64,000 bases of DNA, taken from positions 744,001-808,000 of the forward strand of contig JBLDXI010000026.1 in the NCBI GenBank assembly GCA_047495785.1, written 5' to 3'. A program made the translations under genes and the position numbers. Below are positions 1 through 13,176 of this stretch, one piece after another. A model generated the notes under the pieces. The model was not told where the DNA came from and made no database searches. It saw only the letters and a list, made by a program, of their open reading frames with translations. This DNA is from Lepidodermella squamata. Its lineage: Eukaryota > Animalia > Gastrotricha. Positions within the stretch are counted from its first letter, which is position 1. Each line of letters starts with the position of its first letter.

Positions 1-818
1 TGTTTGACTTTTCAATAGCAACAAATGTTGATGATAGTCATCGTAGGCAAGCGTACAGAAATGCAGGACAAAAGCGAAAGTTATTGCTCTAAAGAACAGG
101 GACTGGGGACTGCCAAATTCGAAGTTTGTTCGTGGCACCTATGAAAATAGAAGTGCGAACCTACAGCTCAAACTAAGGGAAACAGTGAGACAGAAATGGC
201 CTTGGCTGACCCTGAGACTTAATTTGCAGAGAAAAGGAAAAAATTCGATGTTCTTATAGTCACATGATAGATAAAACGCGTGATGCCGTATTAAAAGTTG
301 ACCTGTTTGGGTTTTTAGTCTCCTATTACTAGAAATTTTCATCACCATAAATACGAAACTCAAAGTAGGTCCAATTAATAAACTGCGGGTTGTATTAGAT
401 TAGATACTGACTGATCAGTGACATCAGCGTCGAGCCAAGTAAGGAGTCAAAAGCATCACTAATGAGTATTCTATAGGTGTCTGTGGATTCGTCGCTAGCT
501 CTAATTAAATGCACCCTCGACATTTGCACCGGCTCAGAAGCATTGTAAATGGGCGTATATCATTAGTAAATTTGGGACATCTCTAATCTGATGTCATGAA
601 TCCTTTATAAGCTCCTGCCATTTTATATTGAAGCAAATACAAAGAAATCTCCAGCATTTCATTACAGTTAAGATTAAAATAACAGCTAATAGTTTGAAAC
701 GGTGGAACGCCCGTTGAAATTCACTACATCAGGTTCCTGTGCCCACCTTCAGACCAACTAGATCACTTCCGCAACAGAACTTCTCGTCGCTTCTGCTTTG
801 TTTCGAAAAGCTCATAGC

Positions 819-1622
819 ATGGAGGAAAACGCGCCTGTTTTATGTCAGGTATGTGATAACATATAAAACTAATGAGACTAATATGATGAATTGCGATGTT
901 TTGTCAGATTTGTTCTTCCTTAGCTATCAGACGGAAAGAATACCAACCTAGGACTTGTCAAGCATGCCAAAAATTCTTCAGCCGCCATCACTCCAAGCGG
1001 TTCTTGCTGTTCTGTATCGCAGAGAATCCCCCTTGCTCAATTTTCGGTGAATTACGAGCAACGTGCAAGAAATGTCGCCTTGAGAAATGCTTTGAGACTG
1101 GCATGAAGGGTAAGCTGCATTATCTCATCCTGCATAACTCTCGAACATGTCCCTTCTTATCTAGCTGGTAAACGAAGACGTTTTGTTGAGAAATTTGTCG
1201 TAGCTAGAGAGCCGCAATTCATCGATGGAACGGCGATTGAAGAAGCTATCAGCATTTCGATGTTGGCTTTCACACTCCTTCACGGCATGGAATCGGTGAG
1301 ACTTGAAAATGGTGGGGAATTCCAAACACTAAAAAGGAAGATCTATTAAGGAATTGGGGAAACCCAAACCCGGATTGAAAAAGTCTTCAAATTCTTCCTT
1401 TTTGGTGGTGTGAAGTTTTCAACTTCTTAAAATAACGATCAGTCTTCTTTTTTATATTAATTATCTTATAGCTACCGCTGAAAATGTTTTCTGGAGATTT
1501 TAACGCGGATAAACATCGCGAGCTATCGCAAACGCATCTTCGCCAAAGTATGAGCGTCGGAAAGAACTACGCATCCTTTTTCAAAGGTTTGATATAACTC
1601 CAATATTAGCTCAATTATTATT

Positions 1623-1665
<43 letters not shown>

Positions 1666-4015
1666 GTTTTATTTAGTCCTCCTCTCGATTAAGCATCTAT
1701 ACCGTAAAAACGGTTTTGAGCAGGGCGAAGGCAGGCGAAAGATGGAAATCACCCACCCCCACAGTTGAAGATTCTACTTTTTCCAAAAAATTCATAATCA
1801 TTCATTGAGTCAACAATGTTGCGCCATTCAATTTTATCAAAAGATAGTAATTCAGTCAAGTGCAGATCAGGAATAATTTTAATTTCAAATTTATTTTCTT
1901 TTTCGCCGGATTTTTTATTTTTAGCTGGCTTTTTGCCTTTCTGATTTTTGGGTTGTCTTTTCTTCCGGCGAACTTCCTTAACAATGCCAACCATGTGTAG
2001 ACTTCTGTTTATGCCGTTTATCCACCTAGTTCGAGGTCTGCCTCTCGGTGCGAACCACCCGAACGGAGGTGTCCACGTATAAATCAAGTTCAGAAGGCCG
2101 TCCTCATCGTAATCACGAGATCTAATGATGTGTCCTGCTAGATATCTTAAACGCTGTTTTTCAATGATGCGGCTGACTTCGATCAGACCTCCGCACAATG
2201 CCAATCTAATGTCAATGTTAGGAATATAATCCATCAGGTGTATACGTAGCCAACGATATTCTATAACATTCAACCTATTTTCCTGGCTTGAAGAAATATT
2301 CCAGGATTCGCAGGCGTAGATGATGGTAGGTACGATGACGCAAGTGAGTACTTTCAATTTGGTTTGTAATGACACATGATTCCTACTGCACATGAATTTA
2401 TTCATCGCACCAAATACGCTGCCAGCCTTTGAAATTCTATAATTTAATTCTTCGTCAATGCGACCGTCGCTGGTTATAATGCTACCTAAGTATTTGAATT
2501 TGGAAACCTTTTCCAGTTTCGATCCGCGCAGCTCTAGTTCATAATTTCTTACTGCAGCATCGTCCTGGAAATGATAATGTATTGAGTTTTTGCCATGTTA
2601 ATTTTCAATCCTAATTCTTCGCATGCCATGTCAAAAATTTCTAGAAGGCGCTTAATTTCGTCATGGTTCATGCCTAGGAGAGTTCCATCATCGGCGAAAG
2701 CTAATAAATTTAGATAATCACCGTTGTTCATAGGGAAACCAAATTTTGTGTCGTATAATTTTACGCAAATTTTGTTAAAAGTAGCAATGAAAAGCAGAGG
2801 GGACAGCGGGCAGCCTTGCCTTAGACCCCTAGTTACATAGAAAAATTCGGAGACCTCAGAATCCACTTTTACCGCAACTTTATTTACTTTATATAGACTC
2901 TTAATCGCGTCAATAAGGCTAGTTTCAACACCCATGTTTTCCAAGGCTGTCCAAACCTTTTCCCTATCAACCAGATCATAGGCTTTCTCGAGGTCAATGA
3001 AGACAAGATGAAGTTCTTCGCGAAAGAAAATAATTTTTTCAATTATTTGTCTAAGAACAAAAATGCAATCACGGGTGCCTTTAAGAGGCTGAAATCCGAA
3101 TTGTAATTTGGAGATTTTCGATCCAATCAAAGACCTTAGTTTTCTTTCGAGGATAACAGCATAAAGTTTACCTGCAACAGAAAGCAGACTGATGCCTCGA
3201 TAATTTTGACACTTGGATTTTCACCCTTATTTTTATAAATCCGAGTAATAAGGGCGGTGGACCATTCCTTGGGGACCTTCTTTTCCCGCCAGGCTTGATT
3301 TAAAATTTCACCTAACCATTTGATATTTGTTTCTGACAAAGCTTTGATCATCTCAAGTCTAATTTCGTCCGGGGCCTTATTATTTATTTACAGAGAAATT
3401 CGGTCTGGGCAAACAGGAAATCCAAGCAGCTTTCGTATCTGGCTGGCCAGCGATAGGATCTTCGCTGTCGTGTCTCCCTGGCAATGCCGTTTCCAAGCTA
3501 CACATAAGCAATGATGTCAAGCAATGGCTCCTCCAAGATCATCCCGAATTTAAGGTTAGGATTAAAAGATAATGAATCTATCCTATATATTATAACAAAA
3601 TGCAAAAGAACCCAGTTGATTCAGCTACAGAACTTGCTGCAGTTATGGAGAAATGGAATCCTTCGCTATTACAAGCATCAATTTTCTTCGCATTGCAGCT
3701 TTTCAACGGTTAGCCAAGTATATTTGTGTTTGATCGAGCTTTAAGCTTTACTTCATCTCAGTAAATGTCTGCAGCAAATTCCCGCAATTGGATAGTTTAC
3801 GGCGACTATACATGACTGCTTTCAAAATGATCGCCTCGCTCGAGGACAAGCAGCTTAGGCCGATCGATTCTATCATGTTTATGAATCAATCAAGCGCTGC
3901 CTCGGCTAAATTGGTCGACAGCGTGAATCAGCATGTTATTATATACGTCGAAAAGAAAGGGGCGTTGTCAATTAGTGAAAATCTACAGCTTTTGGTTGAA
4001 CAAGCTTTCATGTGA
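819..4015 (+). CDS. Divergent nuclear hormone receptor (NR-a): C4 zinc-finger DBD plus divergent LBD-like region; 7 exons (819-848, 908-1109, 1165-1295, 1472-1586, 3394-3554, 3609-3708, 3762-4015)
   Basis: Spliced reading MEENAPVLCQ|ICSSLAIRRKEYQPRTCQACQKFFSR...CIAENPPC...CKKCRLEKCFETGMK. GT-AG introns keep frame. C-terminal motifs (FTLLHGME, LPGNA, WNPSL) are shared with four paralogs in the window. Confidence 0.85.
1624..1663. repeat. (TAA)n microsatellite, the 3' tail of the LINE
   Basis: About 13 uninterrupted trinucleotide units next to the left TSD. Confidence 0.95.
1626..3376 (-). mobile_element. 5'-truncated, degenerate non-LTR retrotransposon (RTE-like LINE) in intron 4 of NR-a
   Basis: RT motifs QFGFQP, FIDLEKAYD, GLRQGCPLSPLLF, FADD, YLG and RTE-type C-terminus (YACESW, GRPRTRW). 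One frameshift near 3215 and one stop at 2549. AATAAA plus (ATT)n 3' tail. 11-bp TSD TTATTATTTAT at 1615-1625 and 3377-3387. Confidence 0.93.
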
Positions 4016-4061
4016 CATTCTGGCTCTGAAATAACTCGGAATAATTGTTGTAAACGTAACT

Positions 4062-4887
4062 TTATTCGCCGTCTTGAAAATGCTGAGGAAAAACAGTATT
4101 AGCCAGTGATGTAGATGTAGGACTTTTCAATGTTGAGTACTTGACCCTAAATAGTACTTGAGCAATTTCCGTCATAGCAAGATCTCGATTGAAAGAATTC
4201 ATTGTCTTTAAAGACTCAGCGACATATCGCCCAAAGTGATCCGCAGCAGTCACGACATCCCCAGGCAACTGAGGTCTTGAAGAATTGCTATTTGCTGCGC
4301 TGTCATCTTGGCTAGGGGGCAGCCTTCTCTTTCGCTGGGTCGAGAAATTAGGCGCTGATAGATTGAGAGCTGGGGACACTGGGGGCGATGGCCCAGGTTG
4401 CTCTTCATTAGCACTAGACGCCCAAAATGACATCGCGTTTTGGAAACTCTCGTCGTTGTCGAATTCCTGTTGAAGAAATCGTAATTTAACCCTCATGAAA
4501 TAATCTGAATTCTACCTTTTCCTCCTTATCATCGACCTCGCCCATAAAACGAAGGCGGTCATACCATTTCCAGGTAGCGGCATTATTCGGCCGTACAGCG
4601 ACTTTTTTAGATTCGCGATTGAACTGCGTCCGCAGCAAATTGACTTGACTCTTGATATCTTCAACTGAAAATGAAAGATTACGAGTATTTCAGACCAGGA
4701 CACAGTGAGTTTTCTTACCGTTAACGTTAATTTCAGCTGAAAGATCGGCCCATGCTTCTTGCCGAGTGGCCGTGCACTTGTACTCAGCTGATTTTGAATT
4801 CCAAAGAGCCGGTCGCCTTTCGTAGCCAGCAATAAGCTTCTCCTTCATCTCATCGTTCCAGACGTAAGACTGCTTCGTATTCAGCAT
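4062..4887 (-). CDS. MADF (Myb/SANT-like) domain protein with C-terminal BESS-like motif; exons 4887-4719, 4664-4516, 4466-4062
   Basis: WNDEMKEKLIAGYERRPALWNSKSAEYK...RQEAWADLS...NLLRTQFNRE...WKWYDRLRFM is a MADF signature. DHFGRYVAESLKTM...TEIAQVL is BESS-like. Canonical splice sites. Confidence 0.85.
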
Positions 4888-5602
4888 TTTTTGGAGCCAA
4901 AAGTAGCCTCAATTTTACGACTATTTATTCACTGCGAGAATTTTATACTTTGAGCTGTGTGAGCAGTTGAGAATAAAGAGAGTGAGTGAGAGTGTGTCTA
5001 GTAATGCATTCATTCAAACAAATGCGTGCTAAGCATAGACGAAGCACATAAAAACAGACACGCAGACATGCAGTCAAACACCGGCCTGCATTGAGTATGA
5101 AAACATGCATGGACGCTGCCATGTGCGCTGCGCGAGCAAACAAAACATTGCGCCAGACGCCCGCTGGGTATTGTGTATGAAATACACGCAAACAATGGCA
5201 ACACGCGTATTCACGCCGGATGGAAGCACCAAACTCATTCACAAACAAATACGGCATTTCGTTACCAGCGCAATGTTAACGCTGTATTACGTTGTAGCAC
5301 ACAGTCGTATTACGGATTTGAACTATTACCATAGTAAGACCCATCTGTTGTCTAACTATAACGATGAAAATTTGATAACAACTCGTTTCAATCGATGAGA
5401 TTTTTTATGTTGGCAATAGTTTATTGATGAATCAATGTCCGGACTAATGATTATAAGATTCTCCTCATATCAGAAGTCAGTTTTTCCCAAATAAATAAAG
5501 CCTAAATTACCCACAAATATGAGAAAATCATATTGCTGGTAAGAGGATCAACAAACGCCAGCTGACTACGAAGAACATTCTAGTTATGAAAGCTTCTAGC
5601 AA

Positions 5603-8140
5603 TCAACTTGAATCTTTGGCTTTTGTTTGCTTTTGCGCCGAGCTTTTCGATGAAGAGCTGCTCGTTTTTGATGAAACACGTGAGGATTTGCTTGTATCTC
5701 TCGGCGGTGGCGAAATGTATGATACACCATCATCGAACTTGACGTGCTTCGCTGGTTTCGGCGGAGTCTCCTTTACCTGTGGCTCTTGGTTTGTTACCAA
5801 TGAATCCTTATCGATCGTCTTTGCAGCTTTTTCCGCCTCCATTCGTTCCAGCCAGTCGTCTGTGTATTCTGGTAGATTCAACTGAGTCTCTAGGCTTTCT
5901 AATCTTCGAAAGGCCTGTTCTCGGTTGTAGTTCATTGTAGCTATCAGGTAAGCTATGCTATCCTCGGTGGTTTTCAAAGTATGTTCGATTCGGTCAACCT
6001 ATGAAGAACAGGGATACATAAGGACATTGCATGATAGATAGATTTCATTACCATTTTAGAGAAGGCTTTCGCTTCTTCATCTTGTTTAAGAATAGCCTCT
6101 TCGTCCAGCTTGTTTTCGCGCCTCAAAATTTGAGTTCCCTTGTCCACAATCTTTTGAATAGCTCCTTGATAGTCGTCCAAAACATCGTACAAGTCCTCTT
6201 TCGATAGTGAGAACAAATGGGTATAGCCTGAAAGTTCATGGAAGTGAAAGCTTGGGTTCTAGATTCGGATTCCTACCTTTGCAGCGAATGTTAGCTGTAC
6301 GTCTGTTTCCTGTGCGGCTTCCAGGGATACTCAGCAAACTGATCTCCCCGAAAACTGTCCCTTGGCCCAGAGTAACGAAAACCTTGGAACCATCGTCCGA
6401 AACAACTTCAAGCGATCCCAGTTTGACGACATACATCTCCTTCCCAATGTCGCCTATCAAATAGCTCGATTTTAGATATGAATTGGAGAATCAGTGGAAA
6501 TAAGGAACCTTTTTTGCAGACGTAATCTTGAGGACTGAAAACTTGCAGTTGAAATCGGCTGACCAACTCAATCAGAACTGTGTTGTCCATGTCAGCAAAT
6601 AGAGGGACTTTCTTCAATGAGTTCAAATGAAGGTCCTGTGCAAGCTCTATCGGCATGAACTGAAGGAATACAACTTTTTATGCAAAACTAGTCTCACATA
6701 CCTGATTTTATCCGATCGGATAAGGGTTTTATGGCCTGTAATTATTGAGAAAAACTTCAATTAAAGTTTTTGTCTGTGAATTTTCTTACTTTGTTTCCAC
6801 TGCCAAGCACATTGTTTTCGTTGGAGTAAACAAACCATTTCACGACCTTTGCGTAAACGTCCTTTGGAATTTTAGACGATGTGAGGTAGGATCTGACTCC
6901 ATCCAGCTGGCGATTGAAAGCATCGTCATTCACGTTGAGATTATCGATGATCTCACCAAGCCTTCCCACTACAACCGCAAAACCTTATAAATATCACTAG
7001 CACAATACACGATATCATACCGATAAAGCCAAATAAAGACATTCCCATTAAATAAACACCGATTTCGATGATGAATTCTATGGGTTTTTTTGGAAGTGGC
7101 TGTTCACCCATAAACGTTATCATCATGTGGCCCCATAATAAACATTTGGTGAATCGCGATAAGAAAGGCAACTCCGATTTCTCTTTTGACAAAGCGAAGT
7201 CGTCATCGGTTTCTCCCCATCCAACAGATTTAGAGTAGGCGTGATAGAAAGCAGTATTGTACAAGATGCAAACCACTGTAATGAACACGATTTGCCTGTT
7301 GAAGTACAATGACATATATGAGAACCTTATCCCAAAATCATTACCAAAATCGATATAAATTCGGTAGCGCCACAATCGTTTCAACGCGATCGTTCATCTC
7401 GCTGTAGACGCCCATTTTCAGCAATCGATTGACCCGGCAAATGACGTAATCAAACCCGTAAGGAATATAAATCAGGTCTGTTGGTAGGATAGCAAGCAAA
7501 TCGATGACGAAGGTTCGGCTTTTCAGGTAGTGTTTTGCTATCAGTTTGATGTCGTAGATTTGAATGCCTTGTAGGTAGTATCGCTTTCGAGTTTTAAGGA
7601 GCATTTCTATCAAATAGGTCGCATCAGCTACGTAGTCCAAAGTTAGCCACTGCGGAAAGTAGGCGTATCTGTTATTCCAGAGTTCACTATATACGAATGA
7701 AAACTTGCTATTTCGAGATATTCTTGATTAAGATCGGAAAAGGATGCTCTTATTGGAACGAAAACAGCGTTGTAGCAGAACGCGATCGAGGTTACGATCA
7801 TCCATGAAAAGTAGATTGGAGAATAGTAGTCCACTGTGTACTCATAAGTTAAGCTGTTGGAAAATTGAAAATGTCAAACGCATCTGAAAGACTAAAGACT
7901 CTGTCATACTAGCGAAGTCGGGCCAAAATTCGATGAGGTAGAGTGCTGGCATTCTCCCTTAATCTTCCGGCAATCCTTGAAATAGATTTAACAGATATTT
8001 TGGCCCAATCAGGAGAAAAGCACTCACGATGTGAAAGCTGCCAATCGAAGTATTGGAATCAGCTTGTCCAGGGTTCTTTTTAGGAGACTTCTTCCCGAGC
8101 CCTTATGGCTCGGACATGAGCAGAAGGCTGAGCAGACCAT
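5603..8140 (-). CDS. Cyclic nucleotide-gated cation channel, alpha-type subunit (CNG-1), multi-exon
   Basis: S1 [25 protein letters not shown]4 CRVNRLLK, pore [33 protein letters not shown]...[23 protein letters not shown]...LSKEDL, C-terminal coiled coil. Start codon approximate. Confidence 0.92.
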
Positions 8141-8393
8141 GATAGATAAAATTGACGCAACGTGTACTTGCCTATAATTTTTCAGGCTTTTATACCCGAT
8201 CTTTGGCTCTTATCAATTCATTACAGACATTTGAGACCGGCTAAGCTGATGAACTTGAAATAAAGTACATTCTGCTTGATTTAATCTATCGGTGCATAGA
8301 TTTTATTAAAACAGGTACAGAGTCGTGATTGGCACAATTTTCATCGTTCATAACGATATGAATATACTTGCACACGAATCTCGACAACAATCA

Positions 8394-11092
8394 TCAATTC
8401 AGTTTATCCCATTTTCGTGGCAGATTGTAGACTGGAGGTGAAACACTAGGCCCCGGTGAAGGAATAGACGGTGAAGGTGAACACTCAGATTGCAGATTCG
8501 GCGTCTTGGGAGTATCAGGTGTCGGAACATTTGGTGTTTCGACTATTTCCTCCATTGGAACTTCATCGACAAATCTTACCTTCTTCCTCTTAACTGGCTC
8601 CGTATCCGCAGCACCCTCATTCACCTCGTCTTTCTTATCTTCATCCTGCTTTTCCACGATCATTTCTTGCTCCACAGGAGGATTCTCAATGGCAGGCTCC
8701 TCTCGCGGCTTATCTTGAATTTCATCACTCGTTTCACCTTGAATAGAGGGTTCAGTCTCTTCGTCCTCGTCTCTTGGTAGTAGCGATATCTTTTTCATTA
8801 AAATCTCGAGCCTTTCAACTCTCTTGTAAGCCATCTCGCGATTGTATCGCATCGTGGCAGTCAAATAAGCAATAGAATTCTCCGTTCTTTGAATCGATTT
8901 GGTCAACCGGTCAACGAGAGCTGTAAATGCGGCCTCTTCCGCGTCCTTCCTCACAATAGCCTCTTCGTCCAGCTTATTTTCCTTACGAAGAATCTCAGTA
9001 CCTATTATCCGGATAATCTCACGGCTATCAGTAACTAAGGAAATTGTTTACCTTTATCAACCAGTTTTTGCATTGCACCTGGATAATCCTCAAGTACGTC
9101 GTATAGGTCCTCTTTCGATAAAGAAAACAAATTTGAGTACCCTGTATGGGAAAAATTAGAAAAGATCGAATTGAATTGAATGGCCATACCTTTGCTTCGA
9201 ACATTGGCTGTTCTTCTATTCCCTGTTCTGCTCCCAGGTATGCTTAGAAGGCTGATCTCGCCGAACACAACGCCTTGTCCCAGGGTTACAAAAACTTTCT
9301 TCCCGTCATCTGAAACAACTTCGAGAGACCCTAGTTTCACTATGTACATCTCCTTCCCAATGTCGCCTGTGAAATGCAAAGAATAGTTCATCTTTCCGAC
9401 GATAACAAGACTATTAACCCTTCTTGCAAACGTAATCTTGCGGGCTGAAGACTTGAAGTTTAAGGCGGCCCACTAGCTCAATGAGCAGGGTATTATCCAA
9501 GTCGGCGAAGAGGGCAACTTTTTTCAGTGAATCAAGATGTAAATCCTTTGCGATTTCTATGCAAAGACAACGACGTTTCATCCTAAAGGTAAGAAACGTA
9601 AGTAAACTAACCAGCTTTCAAACGGTCTGGAAGTGGTTTCAGGGCCTTGTTAGCAGTTCCGAGAACATTGTTTTCATAGGCATAACAGAACCAATTTACA
9701 ACCTTTAGGAGCACAATTCGTAAAAAAATTGACATTTATAGGCTGAATTTATCCCCATACCTTCGTGTAACAATCTTTGGGAACATTTGAGTTCTGCATG
9801 TAATCGCGAACATCGTCCAGCTGCCGGTTGAATGCGTCTTCGTTGACGCTCAAGTTATCAATAATTTCACCAATTCTGCCGACTAAAGACAGAACAATTT
9901 GATGCTGCTCATCCATTGCGTTCTGCCTTACCAATGAATCCGAAAAGAGATAAACCAAGAATGTAGATCACTACTTCGATGATGTACTGAACAGGAGTTT
10001 GTGGCATCGGCTGTTCGGCAATGAAAGTGATCATCATCGCTCCCCAAAAGAGACATTTGACGAAACTGATACATATCACATTAATTTACGACTTATTTGA
10101 GAGAATTTCCATACCGGTTGTAGAAGGGTAGTTCGGAATATTCTTTGGCTAGTGGGAAGTCTTGAGGTGAATTGCCCCAGCCTACAGCCTTGGAGTATGA
10201 GTGATAAAAGACCGTCGAATAGAGGATGCATAGCAGAGTGTAGAAAACTGTGTTCCTTCAAAATAAAACGGAGGACATTGCTTTCAATTTTTACTATAAG
10301 CTGTCTCTAACCAGAATCTAAAGGCGTTGGGAAAAGCCGCTGTTGACTCGACGCGGTCGTTCATTTCAGAAAAGCGACTGACTTTGAAGAGCCGGTTCAT
10401 CCTACAGATGACGTATTCGAGCCCGAATGGGATGTAGATGAGATCGGTGGGCAGAATGCTAATAACGTCGATTACGAATTCCCAACTTCGAAAATACCGT
10501 CTCCGGAGTAGCTTCAAGTCATAGATTTGCAGACCTTGCTGATAGTAGCGTTTTCTCGATCGTAGCAACATATCGATGAGGTAAACAGCATCACAAGCGT
10601 AATCAATCGGCAGCCACTGAGATGAGAATTATTTATGAATAGAAGTCCATAGCCGTGAAAAACAAACAATTTTTATGTTATCCATGTTGAAGTCAACGAA
10701 TGACGCTCGAAGTGGGATGAAAATAACGTTGTAGCAGAAAGCGATTGATGTAGCAACTAGCCAGTAGTAGTATATAGGAGTGTCTTGATCCAAAGTCGCT
10801 TCGAACACGAATCTGTTAGCAAATTTGTTGACATGACTACAATTCCTCAATTTTTCCTCAAACCGGTGAATATTGAGAGCAACTTCTTGCGGCCATTTGT
10901 GAAGTCTCTTCGCGGCATCGAGTGAGACTCTGAATGAAAGACAATTTAAAATGAAGCTGATGAAAATGCTAAATATGTAAACCTTTTCAACGCAGCGATT
11001 TGCAAACGAGGGAAAAGTTTGACTTTATCGATCGTCCGTCTTAAAAGGCCAACCTTGACAGCAGTTAATAGATTTTCGGGATCAGAAGCCAT
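8394..11092 (-). CDS. Cyclic nucleotide-gated cation channel, alpha-type subunit (CNG-2), tandem paralog of CNG-1
   Basis: Same motifs ([28 protein letters not shown], pore [36 protein letters not shown]) with an acidic, Pro-rich tail. Start codon approximate. Confidence 0.92.
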
Positions 11093-11866
11093 TCTCGACG
11101 AATGTCATGCAGGAGAGGCAAGGATAGCCTGCAATCAGTCCGTTGTTAGATTTGTTTACTTCTTTATAGATCAGTAATAGCTTTCATCTTACGCGTAAAC
11201 AATTGCTATAATACCTGCAATTAGAACTAATACTTTGAGGAGAAAACAACAGCAACAATGCTGTCCTTTATTGTTTATATCTTCGAAACGAGAGGTTGAT
11301 ATTTACACGAACAGTACAGAAACGGACAAACACACGTGTAGTAAGTATATTGGAAAAGACTTCCCGATAGTTCAAGCAACTTCGAAAAAGCTTCCTTCAA
11401 TCTAAATCATGATTCGATTCGAGAATATCTGGCAATGTTTGAAGTACTTTATTCGGAATGCGTTGAGCAGTTGCAAAAAGCTCGAGAATAGGCAGCGAAG
11501 TGATGCCCTTTCTTGTTCTTTCCATTCAAATTCACCATCTGCAAACAGCTTCAACATACCAACATGCGGCATAATGACAGCAATTGCCTGGTGTCTTCAC
11601 GGTTAGATGTCTTTCGTCAGATAGATCAGATTGCTACTGCGGAGATCTCAACATTTCTGATACCTTTCACATAAATTTCAACCCGCAGTCAAGATTTCAC
11701 TATCTTCATAATCAGATTCAGCTGGATTTTGGAGTTATATCTTTAGCAACTCATTTTACTCATTTTTTAACTTTTAGCGACTTGTCGGGGATTGAAAAAG
11801 AGACACGGCGAGTTTTGACAGAAATTCCGCTGATCAGATTATTTACTCCTCAATCGATTAGTAAAC

Positions 11867-13176
11867 TCAGACACCCTCCTCGCATTCAAGGTCCTGATTG
11901 AGAATCCGTTTAATTTGAGCGAATATCGGAGTCTCCCGCGACAGCTGTGTCACACCTTGTTGCGTCTGAAGTGCCACCTGTCTCGCCAACTGCAGCGCCA
12001 AGCTAAAATAACGCCAACGCTGATCAATCAATGCAAGATTTCCGCTTGTCATTGTGGACGTATACAGGCTAAAAGCCAACTTGAGCCTGTCACAGAACCG
12101 CTCAAAACGATCACTGCCCGTTCTCCCTACGCAAAAGTCGAAGATTAGGCAAAATTAGGCTATTTTTCAAGAAAATAACCTGTAAAGTACAAAACTGCCA
12201 TAAAAATGCAGCATTCCGGTAACGATGGCTTCCAAATTGAGAATAAATGAGCCAGTTGATGGCATAAATCATCCGTGATTCGAAACTCAGGAAACCACTC
12301 GAGGACCTTAGCACGAGACTCCTCGCTCAATCCGATGAAAGCTGACGCCTGAGATCCGGCTGTTGAAGGGAAAACAGTATTTATCGCTGCAAACGAAGCT
12401 GTACTGAGAGCCATAACGTGATGTTCTGGCAAAAAGCCATAATCGTCCTTAAATTGTTGTCCATACTCATTAACAACAGCTATCATTCCATGAGCGTGTT
12501 GAGCCGACATTTCACGAAAAGCTTCCAAATCAGCTAAAGGTTTCGGGTTCCGTTTCAAAACAAGCTAAAACAAATGAAAAATCAAGGCATGGTTCTTCAA
12601 ACTAGCAATACTCACGAATTCAAGGTTATGGAGATAAGTGAATGCGCTGATTGAGTTACGAACGAGATCCTCTATCATATCGCCGTCGAAAAGGGTTGGT
12701 TGTGTGAGCATTGCTGACATTGCTTTTAAATTAAAAGCTCCGTCTGGTGAAGCTTCACCTGGAGGCGACATCTTGTTTTCAACGCTTTCTTCAATCACCG
12801 TTTTCGAAATTGGCGAGCCGTTTGAATTTCCTTCTTTTGGCGAAGCGGCCTCCACGCTTGAAAAACTTCCCTGACTCTTCAAATGCTTGCATTGCATACC
12901 CGCGGATAAACATCGCTCGAAGCGGCATTTCGGGCAGTAGTTTCGCTTTTTGAAGTCATGGCACTGCCCGGGCGAGTTCTCAGACGTGCATTTCAGGCAG
13001 TCTATCCCGCGTTGGCAAGTTCGGCTGAAAAATTTGCGGCAAGCCTCGCAGATTGAAGGGTGGAATCTTTTGCGTCGCGGGACCGGCTCTTGGCACACCT
13101 TAATGCAAAAAACAGTACATAAAATCTGGGTTAAGACAAGCCTGTCTTTTACCTTGCAGAATATAGCCTTCATCAT
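11867..13176 (-). CDS. Divergent nuclear hormone receptor (NR-b)
   Basis: MMKAIFCK|VCQEPVPRRKRFHPSICEACRKFFSR...CPKCRFERCLSAGMQ...FTYLHNLEF|...WKPSL...|...QDLECEEGV*. Confidence 0.85.

Noticed and set aside
1-420. Possible last exon of an upstream gene
   Set aside because: Short open frames only; frame and identity cannot be determined at the window edge.
4943-5398. Overlapping Cys/His-rich ORFs on both strands
   Set aside because: They arise from a CA/TG-rich low-complexity tract; no domain pattern or splice support.
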